Positions 58,495 to 64,000 of a stretch of 64,000 nucleotides of DNA are shown piece after piece. How positions within the stretch are numbered: position 1 is the stretch's first letter; each line of letters starts with the position of its first letter. The notes beneath the pieces were generated by a model that saw nothing but the letters and a program-made list of their open reading frames with translations, was not told the DNA's origin and searched no databases. Position numbers and translations under genes: made by a program. Origin of the DNA: Acidobacteriota bacterium (GTDB taxonomy: Bacteria > Acidobacteriota > Thermoanaerobaculia > Gp7-AA8); NCBI GenBank assembly GCA_019244185.1, contig JAFATB010000025.1, forward strand, positions 192,001 to 256,000, in the 5' to 3' direction.

Positions 58495-59377
58495 GATGGT
58501 GCGCCGCGAACGCGAGCGGCAGCAGCGGCCACCAGCGCATCGGCAGCCGCGTTGCGCGCGCGCCGAGCACGAACGTCAGCGCGTAATACGGCAGCGCGGC
58601 CAGCGGCGCGAGCACAATCGCGAGGAACCCCGCGACGAGGAACGCCGCGATTTTCGGATTGCGGCGATGCGCGCGCGAGCCGCCGACGAGCAGCTGTCCC
58701 GTCTTCACGCGATAGCGCCAGCGCTGGCGTAAGTACGGGCCGGGAAACGCGCGGCGGCGATGCACGACGCGCACGTGCTCGCTGTAGACGACGCGGCCGC
58801 GTTCCATCAGCGTCTCGATGAGACGCGTGTCTTCGCCGATGTAGCCGATCGACTCGTCGAAGCCGGTGAATGCGCTTCTGCGCACGAAGAGATTCACCAG
58901 CGCGACATCGCTCGCATGACGTACATCGAACACGCCTCGGCGGTTCTCGTGCGCCGCGACGCCGCTTCCGATCCACCGCGCGGCGAGCAGCGTATCGGCG
59001 ACGAGCTCGGCCTCGGACGAATCCTCCGGAGCCGGATCGGGGCCGCCGACGGCGAGCACGTCCGGATGCGCGTCGAGGTACGCGCAGGCGTTCGCGAGCC
59101 AGCGCGGATCGGCGCGCGCATCGTCGTCGAGGAACGCCAGCACCTCCCCTGCCGCGATGGAAGCCGCTCGATTTCTTCGAGTTGCGGGATTACGATCCGG
59201 CTCGACGACGTTTCGTACGCGGGTTTCCGGCAGCAATTCCTGCGACAGTTCCAATGGCGCGGCCGAGACCACAATCAGCTCGAACGGGAACGGCGCTTCC
59301 TGACGCAATACCGAGTCGATGGCGCGCTCCGCGTCGCCGCCGACCCGCTCGACCGGCAGGATCACACTGACTTTCAT
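58415..59377 (-). CDS. GT2 glycosyltransferase
   Basis: MKVSVILP, RNRAA, LAFLDDD, GED; C-terminal TM segments. Confidence 0.88.
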   Translation of the reverse strand: MKVSVILPVERVGGDAERAIDSVLRQEAPFPFELIVVSAAPLELSQELLPETRVRNVVEPDRNPATRRNRAASIAAGEVLAFLDDDARADPRWLANACAYLDAHPDVLAVGGPDPAPEDSSEAELVADTLLAARWIGSGVAAHENRRGVFDVRHASDVALVNLFVRRSAFTGFDESIGYIGEDTRLIETLMERGRVVYSEHVRVVHRRRAFPGPYLRQRWRYRVKTGQLLVGGSRAHRRNPKIAAFLVAGFLAIVLAPLAALPYYALTFVLGARATRLPMRWWPLLPLAFAAHHLTYWLGIVAGAGSALGRRRRDTTSSR

Positions 59378-59380
59378 CGC

Positions 59381-60778
59381 ATGAAGCTCATCATCCAGAT
59401 CCCCGCCTTCAACGAGGAGGCGACGATCGCGCAGGCTCTGCGCGACCTTCCGAAGAAGCTCGACGGCATCACCGCCATCGAGACGCTCGTCATCGACGAC
59501 GGCTCGTCCGACAAGACCGTCGACGCCGCGCGCAAAGCGGGCGCAAATCATATCCTCCAGCTCAAGACGCACCGCGGCCTCTCCGCGGCATTCGTCGCCG
59601 GCATCGACGCCGCGCTGCGCCTCGGCGCGGACATCATCGTCAACACCGACGCCGACAATCAGTACGCGGCCAGCGACCTCGCGCGCCTCGTCACGCCGAT
59701 CGTCAAAGGCGCGGCCGAAGTCGTGATCGGCGACCGCCAGGTCGCGCAGTCGCCGCACATGTCCGCGCTCAAGAAAGCCTTGCAGCGCCTCGGCAGCTGG
59801 GCGGTCGGCAAGGCCTCGGGGCTTTCCGTCGGCGACGTCACCAGCGGCTTCCGCGCGTTCTCGCGCGACGCGGCGATGCAGATCAACGTCTTCAATCCGT
59901 TCACCTACACGCTCGAGACGGTCATCCAGGCCGGCAACCGCAACCTCGGCGTGCAGAGCGTGGCCGTGCGCACGAACGCGCCGACGCGGCCGTCGCGGCT
60001 TTATCGCGGCATGGGGACGTATCTGCGCAAGTCGATCGCGACCATCTTTCGCATCTATACCGTTTATCGGCCACTGAAGACGTTCTTCGCCATCGGCTCG
60101 CTGCTGATGCTCTGCGGCGTCGCACTCGGCGCGCGCTTCCTCGTCTACTTCGCCGAAGGCGATCGCGGCGGCCACGTGCAATCGCTCATCCTCGCGGCGG
60201 TGTTTCTCGTCACCGGCTTTCAGACGTGGCTCATCGCGCTGCTCGCCGATCTCGTGGCCGTGAATCGCAGGCTGACGGAGGACGTGCTCATTCGCGTGAA
60301 ACGCCTCGAGTCGCCGGAACGCGCGACGCGCCGCGATGCGCGTCCGCAGCAGCAGCAACCGCGTGAGCAACAACCGCGCGAGCAGCAACCGCCGCGCGAG
60401 CAACAGCAGCAGCCGCAACGCGACGCGCGTCCGCCGCGACCGCAACGCGAGCCGCGCCGCGAGGCGCCGGCCGCAGCGGCCGCGGAAGCGCAGCCCGCGC
60501 AGGCGCCGACGCAGTGGGTGTGGCTGCTCGACGAGGAGAAGCTCAACGAGCGCGCGAAAGGCGCGTCCGCATCCGCGCCGCCCGCGCCGTCCGCCTCACC
60601 CGCGCCGCCGGCGGAAACCGCCGCGCGCGAGGACGAGGACGACGATGCCGGTGCCGGCGACGACACCGCGCCGTCGCCGAACCCGCGCCGCCGCCGCAGA
60701 CGCCGCGGCGGTGCCCGGCAGCATACGGAACAGCTGCCGGGCAACCGCGGGAAACATCTCGCGGGCGAAGAAGAGTAG
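59381..60778 (+). CDS. GT2 glycosyltransferase with long disordered C-terminal tail
   Basis: MKLIIQIPAFNEE, IDDGSSD, NTDADNQY, DVTSGFRA; two TM segments; Q/P/R-rich tail. Confidence 0.9.
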   Translation: MKLIIQIPAFNEEATIAQALRDLPKKLDGITAIETLVIDDGSSDKTVDAARKAGANHILQLKTHRGLSAAFVAGIDAALRLGADIIVNTDADNQYAASDLARLVTPIVKGAAEVVIGDRQVAQSPHMSALKKALQRLGSWAVGKASGLSVGDVTSGFRAFSRDAAMQINVFNPFTYTLETVIQAGNRNLGVQSVAVRTNAPTRPSRLYRGMGTYLRKSIATIFRIYTVYRPLKTFFAIGSLLMLCGVALGARFLVYFAEGDRGGHVQSLILAAVFLVTGFQTWLIALLADLVAVNRRLTEDVLIRVKRLESPERATRRDARPQQQQPREQQPREQQPPREQQQQPQRDARPPRPQREPRREAPAAAAAEAQPAQAPTQWVWLLDEEKLNERAKGASASAPPAPSASPAPPAETAAREDEDDDAGAGDDTAPSPNPRRRRRRRGGARQHTEQLPGNRGKHLAGEEE

Positions 60779-60783
60779 CGGCG

Positions 60784-61236
60784 CTACTCCTGCTCGAAAT
60801 CGGCGTTCACGTCGCCGTCTTCGCCGCCTTCATCACCGCCCTCGTCACCACCTTCATCGCCGGGATCGCCCATGTGGCCCGGAGGATCGTTGGTCACGTC
60901 GGGATCGGGTGATTCGTAGGGCTTGCCGTTGTAGATCACCGTCGCGGTGTACGGAAAGACGTGTTTGACTGGGCCGGGGTTTTCATTGGTCTCGACCGAC
61001 ACGTACTTGTTGCCGTTCTGCATCGTCGGCGGCGTACCCGGATAGCCTGGCTCCGACGGCTTGAACACGATGCCGTCGGTCGGCGCGAAGGTCGCGCCCT
61101 TGGTCGACTGGTTGCTGAGAGTCCAGAAGAGCTTCGCGTTTTGCGAATGCGGGACAGGTACCGATTCCGGATCGAACTTCCACTGCGGGTTGCCGTCGTT
61201 GTAAAGAAAGGTCACCTCGATCGAATGATCGGCCAT
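60784..61236 (-). CDS. Small acidic protein, DP-EP (DUF1888)-like candidate
   Basis: Strong AGGAGGAGG RBS; beta-rich body ending YESPDPDVTNDPPG; (GDEG)n acidic tail. Confidence 0.65.
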   Translation of the reverse strand: MADHSIEVTFLYNDGNPQWKFDPESVPVPHSQNAKLFWTLSNQSTKGATFAPTDGIVFKPSEPGYPGTPPTMQNGNKYVSVETNENPGPVKHVFPYTATVIYNGKPYESPDPDVTNDPPGHMGDPGDEGGDEGGDEGGEDGDVNADFEQE

Positions 61237-61259
61237 GGGACTACCTCCTCCTTTTTTCC

Positions 61260-63770
<2,511 letters not shown>

Positions 63771-63873
63771 GGCGCGGACCTTCTCCTGCTGCTGATTGGT
63801 GAGACCCGCGGCATTGTAGCGCCTAAAGGAGTCACGCCGGAGGGCGCGTCAGGCGTAGGCCGAGGCGTAAGCC

Positions 63874-63999
63874 TCAGGCATAGGCATTGATGAAGTGCGC
63901 GGTGAGCTCGGCCGCGGCAACCAGTGCGAACGGCACGTCGATCAGCGGATGGATCGCATTGAACGTATGTCCCGCGCCGCCGATCATCGCGAACGACGC
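63874..63999 (-). CDS. 3' end of a probable alpha/beta hydrolase (truncated by window edge)
   Basis: Manual translation ...IGGAGHTFNAIHP...INAYA*, with a His motif typical of hydrolase C-termini. Confidence 0.55.
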   Translation of the reverse strand, partial: ASFAMIGGAGHTFNAIHPLIDVPFALVAAAELTAHFINAYA

Positions 64000-64000
64000 G

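Noticed and set aside
63849-63885. Three loose 12-13 bp repeats (GCCTAYGCCTGA-like) after the last gene's stop
   Set aside because: Too short and degenerate to assign a function; probably local slippage of the gene end.

Overview
High-GC bacterial chromosomal window with very tight gene packing. Gene content and style suggest Acidobacteriota, possibly Thermoanaerobaculia (inference, not verified). I saw no integrase, transposase, phage genes, rRNA or CRISPR array. Left to right: rplY-prs; a histidine kinase-receiver-EAL operon; a four-domain repeat protein; a Wzx flippase converging on an ACP / acyl-CoA dehydrogenase / amino acid:carrier-protein ligase / DUF1839 / GH2 / fused-hydrolase operon; a kinase plus REC-PAS-GGDEF pair; a LuxR-DUF4199 pair; a translationally coupled HlyD-TolC-pelF-pelG-like-membrane-GT2 operon, with a nearby PelA-like hydrolase / GNAT / PIG-L deacetylase operon; a hybrid kinase; OsmC-ACT-ArsR; tRNA-Arg(CCG); unusual signalling and coiled-coil proteins (tandem Cys8-REC protein, divergent class III cyclase, HTH-PilZ); dinB; S1/P1 nuclease; a radical SAM / glycosyltransferase cluster; and a TPR Ser/Thr kinase with a DP-EP-like small gene. 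The most striking non-gene signal is five ~90-120 bp hairpin elements with heptamer-repeat arms. They sit at gene junctions, supply stop and start codons to host genes, and appear to preserve translational coupling. Several glycan-related operons also share sigma54-like -24/-12 motifs. Many starts were re-chosen by eye from the ORF track using RBS, stop/start overlaps and domain boundaries. All family calls come from motif recognition, not database searches.
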